A DNA stretch of 64,000 nucleotides from Opitutaceae bacterium (GCA_016715765.1 JADJZJ010000009.1:30484-94483), one strand, 5' to 3'. Counted from the stretch's first letter, positions 8,735 through 19,149 are shown. Numbers and translations: made by a program. The notes: generated by a model not told the origin, from the letters alone.

Positions 8735-11700
8735 ATGAGCCACCACACCCAGCGCGAGTCTGGCGCCGCTGCGCGCCCGTCATCCCCTTCCGGCAAAGCC
8801 GCGGCCAAGCCCCGCTATCCCGGCGTCCGCGTGACCTGCAACGGCAACCAGCTGGTCACGCAGCACGTCGAAACCCGCATCACCGAAGGCGGCGTGTTTT
8901 ATCCCATCACCCCCTCGACCGAGGGCGGTGAAATCTACCAGCAGTCCTACGCCCAGGGCGAACTCAACGTCTGGGGCCAGCAGAAGGTCGCCGTCGAGAC
9001 CGAGGGCGAGCACGCCGCGCAGGGCGGCGCCACCGCCTACGCCGTCACCGGCCGGCGCACGGTCAATTTCACCTCCGGCCAGGGCATCGTGTACGCGATG
9101 GAGCAGTACTACCACGCGCCCGGGCAAGTTCTCGACCATGGTGCTCGAGGTCGGAGCGCGGGCGCTGACCAAGCACGCGCTCAACGTCCATTGCGCCCAC
9201 GACGATATCTATGCCGCCCTCGACACGGGCTGGACCATGCTGATGTCGAAGGACGCGCAGCAGGCGGCCGACCAGGCCATCATCCTGCGGCGGGTCAACG
9301 AACTCGCCCTCAACCCGGGCATGAACATCCAGGACGGCATGCTCACGACGCATTCGGAGCGCATGTACCTCGCGCCCGAGGCCGAGCTCCTCCGCGAATA
9401 CCTCGGCGCCCCCGACGACCAGATCGACTGCCCCACGCCCGCGCAGCGCGAGCTCTTCGGCCCAAAACGCCGCCGCGTGCCGCAGATGATGGATCTCCGC
9501 CACCCCGTGCTGCTCGGCCCGGTGCAGAACCAGGAGCACCACATGAACGGCGTCGTGGCCCGCCGGAACAATTTCAACGAGCAGATCCTCCCGATGCTCG
9601 AGGAGGCCTACGCCGAGTTCGGCCGCCTCACCGGCCGCAGCTACGGCCTGCTGACGGAATTCAAGACCGACGACGCCGACACCGTCTTCGTCTCGCTCGG
9701 CTGCGCCGCCGACAACATCGAGGCCGCCTGCGACTACCTGCGCGACCAGCGCAACGCGAAGGTCGGCTCCATCCACGTCAACGTCATCCGCCCCTTCCCC
9801 GAGGCTGCCATCATCAACGCGCTGCGCGGCAAGAAGAACGTCATCATCCTCGAGCGCACCGACGAGGGCCTCGCCGGTGACAACCCCCTCGCCCGCGACA
9901 TCCGCGTCGCCTTCGGCAAGGCACACGAGGCCGCCAAGTTCGGCGGCGTCCTCCCCGCCCTCACACCCGCGGAGACGCCCCGCCTCTTCCGCGGCGCGTA
10001 CGGCATCGGCTCCCGCGATTTCCGCCCCGAGCACACGCTCGGCGCCTATGAGTTCGCCACCGGCTCGATCCGGCGCAAGGACGGCCGCCACGCCGACGAC
10101 GGCGAGGCCTTCTTCGTGCTCGGCGTCGACCACCCCTACGCCGTCATCAGCAAGGACACGCCCTCGCTCCTGCCCGAGGGCTCGATCGCCGTCCGCTTCC
10201 ATTCCATCGGCGGCTGGGGCATGATCACCACCGGCAAGAACCTCGGCGAACTCATCGGCGAATTCGGCGAGCACCTCACCCATGCCCAGCCGGTCTACGA
10301 GGCCGACGGCGAGCTGAAGCAAAAGCTCTTCGTCATGGCCAACCCGAAGTACGGCTCCGAGAAGAAGGGCGCGCCCACGAACTACTACCTCACCGTCGCC
10401 CCCGAGCGCATCAAGGTGAACTGCGAGCTCAACCACGTGGACGTCGTCCTCTGCTGCGACCCCAAGGCCTTCACGCACACCAATCCCCTCGAAGGCATCA
10501 AGAAGGGCGGCTCCCTGGTCTGGGAATCAAGCGAGGCTCCCGAGGTCGCCTGGCAGCGCATCCCGGCCAAGTACCGCCAGTGGATCCAGGACAACAACAT
10601 CCGCATCTTCATCCTTCCCGGCTTCGACATCGCCCGCGCCGCCACCAGCCAGACCGAGCTGCAGCTGCGCATGCAGGGCAATTCCTTCCTCGGCGGCTTC
10701 TTCCGCGTGAGCCCGTTCCTCAAGACCTACGGCATCACCGAGGAGCGATTCCTGGAAAGCGTCGAGAAGCAGTACGTGAAGAAATTCGGCCGCTTCGGCG
10801 ACGCCGTCGTTGCGTCCAACATGACGGTCATGACCGAGGGCTTCAAACGCGTCACCGAGATCAAGTACGGCGGCACGGGCGACGCCGACCGCTCCTCGAT
10901 GCGCAACCCGCTCCTCGCCCCCGTGGGTGAGCCGAACATCATTCCCACGGCCGGCTGCGGTGCTGCCGGCTGCGGCTCGATCCCCGCCCCGGCCGCGCAG
11001 CCTTTGCGCGCCCCCTTCCAGACGCTGGCCAAATTCGACACCGAGTACCGCAGCGGACTCGGCTACCACCAGCCCGCCGGGGCCCTCGCCTCGCTCGGGG
11101 TCATGGGCGCCGGCACCGGCGCCACGCAGTCCAAGTACGTCGCCCGCCGCGAAACGCCCGTCTACATCGCCGAGAACTGCACCCAGTGCATGGAGTGCAT
11201 CACGGCCTGCCCCGACACCGCACTGCCCAACATGGCGCAGGATGTCGCCACCGTGCTCAAGACCGCGGTCAACAACTACGTCACCGACCGCGAGCAGCGC
11301 CTGAAATTCGGCGCCGAGATCGTCGCCCTCGAACAGCGCGCCCGCGCCAGGATGAACGAATCCGTGAAGGCCAAGACCAAGGTGCCGTTCAAGGACATCA
11401 TCCGCGACGAGGTCAACGCCCTCGCCACGATCTCCGACCAGGCGAAGACAGAATTCACCGGCATCATCGCCAAGCTCCCCCTCGCCTACGGCAACGTCCC
11501 GGCCATCTTCCGCTCGCTCGAGGCCAAGACGCCCGGCGCCGGCGGCCTCTTCTCCATCTACGTCTCCGACCTCTGCAAGGGCTGCGGCGAATGCGTGCAG
11601 GTCTGCGGCGACCATGACGCGCTGCGCATGACCCGCGAGACCGAGGAACTCAACGCCGAGCTGACCACGGCCCAGGTCTTCTCGCGCCTGCTGCCCGACA

Positions 11701-13493
11701 CCCCGCAGAAATTCCTCGGCCTCTACAACGACGCCGACGCCGCCAGTTCCCGCGAGGCCGCGCTGCGCAACCACCTCATGGTGCGGCGCAACTACGAGGC
11801 CCTCGTCTCCGGCGACGGCGCCTGCGCCGGCTGCGGCGAGAAGAGCGTCCTCCGCGCCGCCGCCTCCGTCACCGAGGCCTACATGCGGCCGCTCTACCAC
11901 CGCAAGGCCGACCGCCTGCGCGCCAAGGCCGTGCGAATCCAAAAGGAGGGCGTCGAAAAACTCGCCGCGCTCAAGGCCCGCAGCGAAACCGAATACCAGC
12001 TCTTCCGCAAAACCTACGCCCATGTCATCGTCGGCCTCGGCGGCGAGAACGAAGCCGACACCGCCGGCCGCATGGCCGCCTACGAAAAGCAGCACGGCCC
12101 GATCACCGACGCGCAGCTCCTCGGCGGTCTCGCCGCCGTCCTCGAGCAGGATGCGTTCAACCACAAGGATCTCCAGGCCGTGGACGGCCGCCGGGCCAAC
12201 GGCATGTCCGTGATGATGATGGGCGCGAGCACCGGCTGCAACACGGTCTACGGCTCCACCCCGCCGTCGAATCCGCATCCGTACCCGTGGATGAATTCCC
12301 TCTTCCAGGACGGCGCCACCATCTCGTGGCTCATGGCCGAGTCGGTCATCATCACCCACGCCCGCCGCTCCGTCGCGCCCGAGCGCCTGGTGGACGCCCT
12401 GCTCGACCGCACCGAAAAAGTCGCCACTGAAGCCGATTATTTCACCCTCACCCACCTCGACGACGCCCTGATGACCGAGCAGGAGATCCGCGAGCTGCCC
12501 AAGGTCTGGGTCGTCGGCGGCGACGGCGCGCTCGGCGACATCGGCTTCCAGAACGTCTCCAAGGTCGTCCTGCAGAACCGGCCCAACGTGAAGATGCTGA
12601 TGCTCGACACGCAGGTGTACTCCAACACCGGCGGCCAGAACTCCGATTCCTCCACGATGCTCGGCGGCTACGACATGAACCAGTTCGGCGTCGCCTCGCA
12701 GGGCAAGCTGATCGAGAAGAAGAACGTCGCCGAGGCCTTCACCAGCGGCCACGGCTCGCCGTTCGTCGCCCAGGTCTCGATGGCCAACGCGGCCAAGCTC
12801 TACAAGGCCATGCTCGACGGCCTCGAGTACCGCGGCACCGCGTTCTTCCAGGCCTACACGACCTGCCAGCCCGAGCACGGCGTCGGCGACAACATGAGCG
12901 CCGACCAGGCCAAGATGGTGCGCGATGCCCGCGGCATGCCGGAGTTCGTCTACAACCCGCGCCGCGGCGAGACCTCGCAGGAGGCCTTCGACCTCAAGGG
13001 CAACCCCAGCCTCGACCGCGACTGGTGGCGCGTGAAGTCCGCCGGCGACGCCGGCGAATATAACTTCACCGTGGCCCACTGGGCCGTAACCGAGGGCCGT
13101 TTCCGCAAGCATGTGAAATCCGTCAAGGAGGCCGACGCCGCGAAGCTGGTGCCCATGGACGACATGCTCTGCTTCATCACGCAGGACGACGTCATCCACC
13201 GCCGTGTGTTTGATCCCGCGCACCGCAGTTTCGTGCCCAACTTCGGCTGCAGCATCCGCACCGAGGAGCACGGCCAGGTGAAGTACTATGCCGTCTCCCG
13301 GCAGATGGTGCTCTTCGCCGTCGAGCGCCGCAAGGCCTGGCGCATGCTCCAGAGCAAGGCCGGCCTTGCGAACAAGGACTACCTCGCGCAGCGGGCCTTC
13401 CTCGCGAAGGTCGACAAGGCCGAGATCCCACTCGCCGACGCCCGTGCCAAGGTTCGCGAACTCATCACGGCCGAACTGGCGGCCGTGAAGTGA
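8735..13493 (+). pseudogene. pyruvate:ferredoxin(flavodoxin) oxidoreductase family, long form (~1585 codons), frame-disrupted at ~9119-9125 as assembled
   Basis: The N-terminus in the frame of 8735 (…YPITPSTEGGEIYQQ…TSGQGIVYAMEQYYHAPG) continues in the frame of 8928 (KFSTMVLEVGARALTKHALNVHCAHDDIYAALDTGW…). Downstream are GGWGMITTGKNLG, two 4Fe-4S motifs (CTQCMECITACP, CKGCGECVQVCG), GACAGCGEKS, and the TPP motif GGDGALGDIGFQN…YSNTGGQ. A single extra base in the run CCCGGGC explains the shift. Confidence 0.85.
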
Positions 13494-13500
13494 CGTAATT

Positions 13501-13724
13501 GTAGGGCGGAGATTCCGACTTGTCCTCCGAAGCCTTGCGCGAAGGAGGATCCCGCCTGGGAGCGCGACCGCCCTCGGTCGCAATCGTGCGCAACCCCCAA
13601 TGCAGGAGAAAGAGAAAGATTAAGAGAACGAGAAAGATTGGATGCTGTTGTAGGGCGGGGATTCCGATCCCCGCCTTCGATTGAGTTGAGATATTCGAGG
13701 CGGGGATCGGAATCCCCGCCCTAC
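13501..13724. repeat. composite intergenic repeat cluster (degenerate REP with inserted hairpin, GCGACC hairpin module, AG-rich module, then a perfect REP doublet)
   Basis: 13501-13556 is a GTAGGGCGG…CCCGCC unit split by the hairpin TCCTCCGAAGCCTTGCGCGAAGGAGGA. 13555-13640 is the reverse complement of 4556-4645. The REP doublet lies at 13650-13675 (+) and 13699-13724 (-). Confidence 0.75.
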
Positions 13725-14989
13725 ATCCCAATCAAACTCCACGCCCACCCCAACAAGCCGCACACCGCAATCACCGGGATCATCCCCACCCGCATCCATT
13801 GCAAGGCAACGAACGCGGTAACGCACACCACGGCCGCGAACCAATCCACCGCGCCGTGGCCCGGCCAGATCACCTGCCAGGCAAACCAGACCGCGAGATT
13901 GAGGATCACGCCGACCACCGCTGCGGTTACGGCCGCCAGCGCCGCCCCGAGCTGCACATTGCTCCGCACGCGCTCCACGTAGGGCGCACCAATCAAAATA
14001 AAAAGGTACGTGGGCACAAACGTCACCCAGGTCGTCAGGCCCGCTCCCAGCAGAGCAGCCGTGAACGGCGCCAGTTCTCCCGGATGCTGCCACGCGGCGA
14101 GGAAACCGACGAATTGCAGCACGATGATCAATGGGCCGGGTGTTGTCTCCGCGAGGGCCAGGCCGTCCAACATCTGTCCGGGTGCGATCCATTGGTAGTG
14201 TTCAACGGCCTGCTGTCCGACATAGGGCAGCACGGCGTAGGCCCCGCCAAAGGTCACGACCGCGGCCTTGCTGAAAAACCACCCAAGCTGCGCCAGTGTG
14301 CCTTCCCAACCCTGCCAGAGGCCCATCATGACCACCGGCAGCAACCACACGACAAGGCCCGCGGCCGTCCATTTGAGTGTCCTGCGTCCTGACACCGGCA
14401 CACCCGCGGCCGGGTTCGCTTTGCCACCCTGCACCTTGAGCAGCCCTGGAGACCAGCGACCGGCCGCAAAACCCGCAATCAGGGCCGACAGCACCACGAG
14501 CGGAAACGGCAGACCGAGGAAAAACAATGCGACGAAGGCCAGTGCCGCCAGCAGCCACGCCGCCGGACTGGTCAGCGCCTTGCGGCCCAAGTGCAGCACC
14601 GCCGCCGCCACGATCGCCAGCACCGCCGCCTTGAGGCCATGAAACACCGCTCCCGCGGCGGCCACATGGCCGTACGTCACATAAAGCCAGCTCAGGAGCC
14701 CCAGCGCAAAGGCCCCCGGCAGGACGAACAGGAGGCCCGCCGCCAGGCCGCCGCGCACCCCGTGGAGGAGCCAGCCGCAATAGGTGGCCAGCTGCGTCGC
14801 CTCCGGTCCCGGCAGCAGCATGCAGAAATTCAGCGCATGCAGGAAATGCGGTGCATCGATCCAGCGCTTTTTCTCCACCAGTTCTCGGTGCATCACCGCA
14901 ATCTGCCCGGCCGGTCCGCCGAAGCTGATGAAGCCGAGCTTCAGCCAGAAGCGCAGCGCTTCGCGCCAGGTGGGCCGGGGATTTTCCAT
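13721..14989 (-). CDS. chrA: chromate transporter (CHR family, two-domain)
   Basis: This is the C-terminal 422 aa of the 778-aa track ORF, from ATG 14989 (MENPRPTWREALRFWLKLGFISFGGPAGQIAVMH…). It has a second CHR repeat (…VVTFGGAYAVLPYV…). An alternative start MTAAAC lies at 15019. Confidence 0.9.
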   Translation of the reverse strand: MENPRPTWREALRFWLKLGFISFGGPAGQIAVMHRELVEKKRWIDAPHFLHALNFCMLLPGPEATQLATYCGWLLHGVRGGLAAGLLFVLPGAFALGLLSWLYVTYGHVAAAGAVFHGLKAAVLAIVAAAVLHLGRKALTSPAAWLLAALAFVALFFLGLPFPLVVLSALIAGFAAGRWSPGLLKVQGGKANPAAGVPVSGRRTLKWTAAGLVVWLLPVVMMGLWQGWEGTLAQLGWFFSKAAVVTFGGAYAVLPYVGQQAVEHYQWIAPGQMLDGLALAETTPGPLIIVLQFVGFLAAWQHPGELAPFTAALLGAGLTTWVTFVPTYLFILIGAPYVERVRSNVQLGAALAAVTAAVVGVILNLAVWFAWQVIWPGHGAVDWFAAVVCVTAFVALQWMRVGMIPVIAVCGLLGWAWSLIGM

Positions 14990-15039
14990 GGGACGCGGCA
15001 GGCAAGCAGCCGCCGTCATCCGCGGCGAGCCGGCAAATC

Positions 15040-15279
15040 TCAGGTCAGCAGTCCGTAGGCGGCGGCCCCCATGAGGGCCAGGCCGACCAGGGTGAGGGTC
15101 GGCGCGAAATACTTCCAAAAGCGCATCTTCGCCACCGCCGCCTGTTCCGTGATGTGGCCGTCCTTCTGCCGGTCCTCGATATTCGCGAGCCGGTACTGCA
15201 TGCCCCAGTGCAACCAGATACTGGCCAGGCTGACGATCAGACCAAACAGGCCAATGATCTCGGCGGATTTCAGGGTCAT
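15040..15279 (-). CDS. small hypothetical membrane protein (2 predicted TM helices)
   Basis: 79-aa ORF with two hydrophobic segments (IIGLFGLIVSLASIWL; APTLTLVGLALMGAAAYGLL). It lies upstream of chrA on the same strand. No recognisable family. Confidence 0.45.
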   Translation of the reverse strand: MTLKSAEIIGLFGLIVSLASIWLHWGMQYRLANIEDRQKDGHITEQAAVAKMRFWKYFAPTLTLVGLALMGAAAYGLLT

Positions 15280-15403
15280 GGAGCGAACATGGGGCTGGGC
15301 ACGGCGTAAAATGACTAGCCAACCGATGCCGGGAATGGCGAGGAAATATCCCGCGGTCTGATCTGGGATTGTCGCCGGCCTTCACTCCCGCTTCGCTATC
15401 ACG

Positions 15404-15955
15404 GTGAACTCCCCGCCCCAGGCCGAACTGATTCATGCCATCACCCGGCCGCATCGCGACCTCATGACCTATTACATGCTGGCGTGCCTGGTCTTTCCGC
15501 CGGCCTTCCCCTTCCTGATCCTGCCCGCCTATTTCCGCTACCACACGATGCGCTACCGGTTCACCGACGAGGGCATCTCGATGAGCTGGGGCATCCTCTT
15601 CCGCCGCGAGACCATCATCAACTACGCCCGCATCCAGGACATCCACCTGCGTTCCAATTTCGTCGAGCGCTGGCTCGGTCTTGCCCGCGTGCTGGTGCAG
15701 ACGGCCAGCGGCAACGCGTCGGCCGAACTGACCCTTGAAGGTTTGAAGGAATTCGAGGCCGTGCGTGACTTCCTCTACGAGCGCATGCGCGGGGTGAAGG
15801 ATCCCGTCAAGGCTGCCGCCGCACCCGCGGTCGCCGGCCCGAGCCATTCCGAACTGGCCGCCGCCCTGCGCGAGGTGGCCGCGGAACTGCGCGCGACTCG
15901 GGTGGCCCTCGCGACCGCCCGAGCCGAAGAACCCGGGGATTCCGACCATGGTTGA
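15404..15955 (+). CDS. PH-domain (bPH_2) membrane protein, YdbS-like
   Basis: GTG start. Two N-terminal TM segments are followed by YRFTDEGISMSWGILFRRETIINYARIQDIHLRSNFVERWLGLARVLVQT, the typical bacterial PH-domain (YdbS/YdbT) pattern. Its stop overlaps the next gene's ATG. Confidence 0.75.
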   Translation: MNSPPQAELIHAITRPHRDLMTYYMLACLVFPPAFPFLILPAYFRYHTMRYRFTDEGISMSWGILFRRETIINYARIQDIHLRSNFVERWLGLARVLVQTASGNASAELTLEGLKEFEAVRDFLYERMRGVKDPVKAAAAPAVAGPSHSELAAALREVAAELRATRVALATARAEEPGDSDHG

Positions 15956-16904
15956 CCGCCTCCGGCAGTTCCTCCTGCGCTTCCTGCGCGTGCCGCCCGA
16001 ACCCCAGCCGCCGATCGGCGCGCCGGGTTCGATCATGGTCTTCCGCGCCGGCCGCAATTACTTCAAGCTCCGCCTTCTGCGCTGGGGCGTGACGCAGGTC
16101 GGCGCCGTCTTCGGCATCATCTTCTCGCTGTATTTCTTCGGTCAGGTTGAGGCCAAGTTCGAAGCCGCCGCCGCGGCGGCCGCCCAGCCCGCCCCGGTCG
16201 CGAAACCGCCCGCCGCGGCCTCCGCTCCCGCCGACGCCACCCCGGGGCCGGCCGCCGCCGCCGCCGAGCCGGCGCCCGAACGTCCCCGGTCGAAGCAGGC
16301 GCGACGCGATCGCGTGCGCGACGAACGCGCCCGCCAGTTCATCGAGCGCTGGGGGCCGTGGATCTTCCCGGGCCTTCGCCTTCTCGAATATGGGGCCATC
16401 GCGCTCTTCATCCTGCAGATCCCGGTGACGCTGGCCGCCACCCGGCTCGAATTCGAGCAGCACTGGTACATCGTGACCGACCGTAGCCTGCGCATCCGCA
16501 ACGGCATCTTCCAGCTGACCGAGTCCACCATGAGCTTCGCCAACCTTCAGCAGGTCGAGGTTAAGCAGGGCCCGCTGCAGCGCCTGCTCGGCCTCGCCGA
16601 CGTGCGCGTGCAGTCCGCCGGCGGCGGCGGGGTGCAGGACGAAAAACATGCCGGGGATTCACTGCACACCGGCATCTTTCACAGCGTCGAAAACGCGAAC
16701 GAGATCCGCGACCTGATTTTGACCCGGCTGCGTCAGTTCCGGCAGGCGGGTTTGGGCGATCCGGATGATCACCCTCAGGCCGAAGCGGCACTCGAACCAG
16801 GCGATGACCACACGGACACCCTTGCCGCCGCCCGCGAACTGCTGGCCGAGGCCAGGGCGCTGCGGGCGGTGGTGACGGCTGGCCCAGGCAGGGCGGGTCT
16901 TTGA
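15948..16904 (+). CDS. PH-domain (bPH_2) membrane protein, YdbT-like, with Ala/Pro-rich insert
   Basis: HWYIVTDRSLRIRNGIFQLTESTMSFANLQQVEVKQGPLQRLLGLADVRVQSAGGG. It is translationally coupled to the preceding PH-domain gene by an ATGGTTGA overlap. Confidence 0.75.
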   Translation: MVDRLRQFLLRFLRVPPEPQPPIGAPGSIMVFRAGRNYFKLRLLRWGVTQVGAVFGIIFSLYFFGQVEAKFEAAAAAAAQPAPVAKPPAAASAPADATPGPAAAAAEPAPERPRSKQARRDRVRDERARQFIERWGPWIFPGLRLLEYGAIALFILQIPVTLAATRLEFEQHWYIVTDRSLRIRNGIFQLTESTMSFANLQQVEVKQGPLQRLLGLADVRVQSAGGGGVQDEKHAGDSLHTGIFHSVENANEIRDLILTRLRQFRQAGLGDPDDHPQAEAALEPGDDHTDTLAAARELLAEARALRAVVTAGPGRAGL

Positions 16905-16975
16905 TCCGCCGGTTTGGCGTCCGTCGGAGACCTGCCCTACTCCCAGCCACATTCACCCAGTCGAAAATTCCGGTT

Positions 16976-17055
16976 GTAGGGCTGGACCTTGGTCCAGCCT
17001 CGAACGTCCTGAGAGCATCGCATCACTCTCAGGCGTCACCAAGGTGACGCCCTAC
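16976..17055. repeat. REP doublet (GTAGGGCTGGACCTTGGTCCAGCC … GGCGTCACCAAGGTGACGCCCTAC)
   Basis: Inverted GTAGGGC-headed hairpin units with different stems lie at 16976-16999 and 17032-17055. A small extra hairpin (CCTGAGAG…CTCTCAGG) sits between them. Confidence 0.75.
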
Positions 17056-17065
17056 ATCACGGGTC

Positions 17066-18220
17066 TCACCCGCGCCTGAGCTTCAGCAACCGCTCGCCGG
17101 CCGCGTGCAGCGTTGCCGGGCGCTTGGCGAAATTCAGCCGGATGTAGCGGTTCTCCCCGCCGTCAAAGAAGCTAGAGCCCGGCACCGGCGCGACGCCGAT
17201 CTCCTGCGTCATCCAGTGCGCGAACTCGATGTCGCTCGCGTACCCAAAGGGCGAGATGTCCACCATGACGAAATAGGCGCCCTCCGGCCGGGAATAGTGC
17301 AGGCCGGTGCGGTCCAGGTAGCTGAGCAGCACGTCGCGCGACCCGGCATACTCCGCTGCGAGGCCGGCGTAATACTCCGCCGGGAAATTCAACGCGGTGA
17401 CCACGGCGTGCTGCAGCGGCGCCGCCGCCCCGACGGTCAGGAAATCGTGCACCTTGCGGGCCTGCGCGATCACCTCCGGTGCGGCCTGCACATAACCCAG
17501 CCGCCAGCCGGTGATGGAAAAGGTCTTCGACAGCGAGGAGCACATCAGCGTCCGCGACGCCATGCCGGGCAGGGTCGAGAAATAGGTGTGCCGGTGCGGG
17601 GCATAGATGATGTGCTCGTAGACCTCGTCGGTCAGCACCCAGGTGTCGAACTCCTCGGCCAGCGCGGCGATCTGCAGCAATTCCTCCCGGGTGAAGACCC
17701 GGCCGCAGGGATTCGACGGATTGCAGAGGACGAACGCCTTCAGGCCGCCGGCAAAGGCCGCGCGGAGTTCCGCCGGATCGAAATGGTAATGCGGCGGGTG
17801 CAGCGGCACGTGCACCGCCTGCGCGCCGGTGAGAATGGCGTCGGCGTTGTAGTTCTCGTAGAAGGGTGAAAACAAACCGACGCGGTCGCCGGGATCGCAC
17901 ACGGTCATCATCGCCACCATCATGGCCTCGGTCGCCCCGCAGGTGACGACGAGTTCGCGCTCGGCCTCCACCGGCACGCCGGTGAAACGGCCGATCTTGG
18001 CGGCGAGCGCCGTGCGGAGTTCGGCCGAGCCCCAGGTGACGGCGTATTGGTGCCGGTGGGCATCCATCGCGGCCTTGGCCGCGTCGATCAACGCCGCCGG
18101 CGGATCCCAGTCGGGGAAGCCCTGGGCCAGGTTGATCGCCCCGTGCCGGGCGGCCACGCGCGACATTTCCCGGATGAGCGATTCAGTGAAGACGGCGGTG
18201 CGGCGGGACGTGCGCGCCAT
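17066..18220 (-). CDS. class I/II PLP-dependent aminotransferase (MtnE/kynurenine-aminotransferase-like)
   Basis: 384 aa: INLAQGFPDW…, the PLP-lysine context SLSKTFSITGWRLGY, and C-terminal IRLNFAK. Confidence 0.88.
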   Translation of the reverse strand: MARTSRRTAVFTESLIREMSRVAARHGAINLAQGFPDWDPPAALIDAAKAAMDAHRHQYAVTWGSAELRTALAAKIGRFTGVPVEAERELVVTCGATEAMMVAMMTVCDPGDRVGLFSPFYENYNADAILTGAQAVHVPLHPPHYHFDPAELRAAFAGGLKAFVLCNPSNPCGRVFTREELLQIAALAEEFDTWVLTDEVYEHIIYAPHRHTYFSTLPGMASRTLMCSSLSKTFSITGWRLGYVQAAPEVIAQARKVHDFLTVGAAAPLQHAVVTALNFPAEYYAGLAAEYAGSRDVLLSYLDRTGLHYSRPEGAYFVMVDISPFGYASDIEFAHWMTQEIGVAPVPGSSFFDGGENRYIRLNFAKRPATLHAAGERLLKLRRG

Positions 18221-18223
18221 GGT

Positions 18224-19075
18224 TCACGGGATGACCAGCTGCATGCCGAGCTTCAGGGAGTTCGCGTCCGGCAATTGATTGCGATTGGCCTCGTAGATAT
18301 CCCGCCAGCGGGAACGGTTGCCGTAATACTGCTGCGCGAGACTGAAGAGCGTGTCGCCCCGCGCCACGGTGTGCAGGCGCCCGGTCGGGGCGGCGGGCGG
18401 CGAAACGGTCTTGGCCGGCGCGGCTTCGGGCTGTTCGCCGAGCATGGGCCGCGTCGGCAGGGGTGCCATGGTGATGGGCGACACCTCCTCGGGCGTTGTC
18501 TCCTGCACCAGGATGGGTCCCGGGGGCGGCTGGTTCGCGGCACCTGAATCGGTGGGAATCAGCAGGCGGTTGATCGGGGCGGAGGAACCGCTCCGCGCGA
18601 TGCTGAGCTCGGCCTTGAGCTGCTCGACCTCCCGCTGGAGGCGCTCGACCTGGTCGAGCATGTCGAGCCGCTGCGTTTTGCTCTCCATGGGGTTGCCGGG
18701 CAGCGTGCGGGCAAACTCGCGTTTCGCGGCGTCGATCTGCCCGCGCACCAGCTCGGCCTGGCGCGCCGTCGGGCGCAGCTCCACGTATTTGCGCAGGTGA
18801 TAAATCGCCGCGATGGGATCCTTGACGTGCTGCAGGTAGAGCAGGCCGGCCTCGAGGTGCGAATCCGGCGCGGCATCGCCCCGGAGCTCAATCGCCTTGA
18901 GGTAGGCGATCAGCGCCTCCTGCTTGCGGTCCTGACGCAGCAGTTGCTGCCCGCGCCGGTAATTCGTGTCGTCCGCCTCCGCCCCCACCGGCCCGCCGGG
19001 ATTGCGCTCGCAACCGGCCGCGCAGAGCAATGCGCCCAGAAGCAGCAGACCGGGAACATTCATGCATTTGATCAT
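18224..19075 (-). CDS. LysM-domain lipoprotein with TPR-like/coiled-coil region
   Basis: A start at ATG 19075 gives MIKCMNVPGLLLLGALLCAAGC (lipobox). The C-terminal LysM domain reads HTVARGDTLFSLAQQYYGNRSRWRDIYEANRNQLPDANSLKLGMQLVIP. The track start at 19216 is probably too far upstream. Confidence 0.75.
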   Translation of the reverse strand: MIKCMNVPGLLLLGALLCAAGCERNPGGPVGAEADDTNYRRGQQLLRQDRKQEALIAYLKAIELRGDAAPDSHLEAGLLYLQHVKDPIAAIYHLRKYVELRPTARQAELVRGQIDAAKREFARTLPGNPMESKTQRLDMLDQVERLQREVEQLKAELSIARSGSSAPINRLLIPTDSGAANQPPPGPILVQETTPEEVSPITMAPLPTRPMLGEQPEAAPAKTVSPPAAPTGRLHTVARGDTLFSLAQQYYGNRSRWRDIYEANRNQLPDANSLKLGMQLVIP

Positions 19076-19149
19076 CTTGGCCGGGAATGGGATTGAACGG
19101 ATATGGGTTGGTCGTAATTTTCCACTCTGTTCCCGCGACACAATCCTAA

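Noticed and set aside
9119-9126. Programmed +1 ribosomal frameshift in the PFOR gene.
   Set aside because: I see no known +1 slippery or pause context, such as the prfB-like CUU UGA with an upstream SD. The site is a C3G3 homopolymer junction, which is typical of indel errors. Similar disruptions occur in other genes.
10527-13583. 1018-aa ORF on the minus strand, opposite the PFOR gene. Similar long antisense ORFs lie at 9069-10478, 5378-6745, 19719-21419, 41600-43072, 45178-46851, 47455-48741, 51437-53206, 54565-56739, 57287-59980 and 62768-63772.
   Set aside because: They mirror strongly conserved genes on the other strand. Their Gly/Ala/Arg/Val/Asp-rich, low-complexity translations show no recognisable motifs. 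Long open antisense frames are expected at ~65% GC with high GC3.
13501-13724. Possible CRISPR array, suggested by the clustered short GC-rich repeats here and at 4511-4670, 6679-6821 and 7706-7842.
   Set aside because: The repeats occur as inverted pairs, not direct repeats. Their spacing is irregular, there are only two to four units per locus, and no cas genes are present. REP/REPIN elements fit better.
13721-16057. 778-aa ORF read as a giant ChrA fusion.
   Set aside because: ChrA homology starts at MENPRP (ATG 14989). The upstream part overlaps the small membrane gene region and runs antisense to the PH-domain genes.
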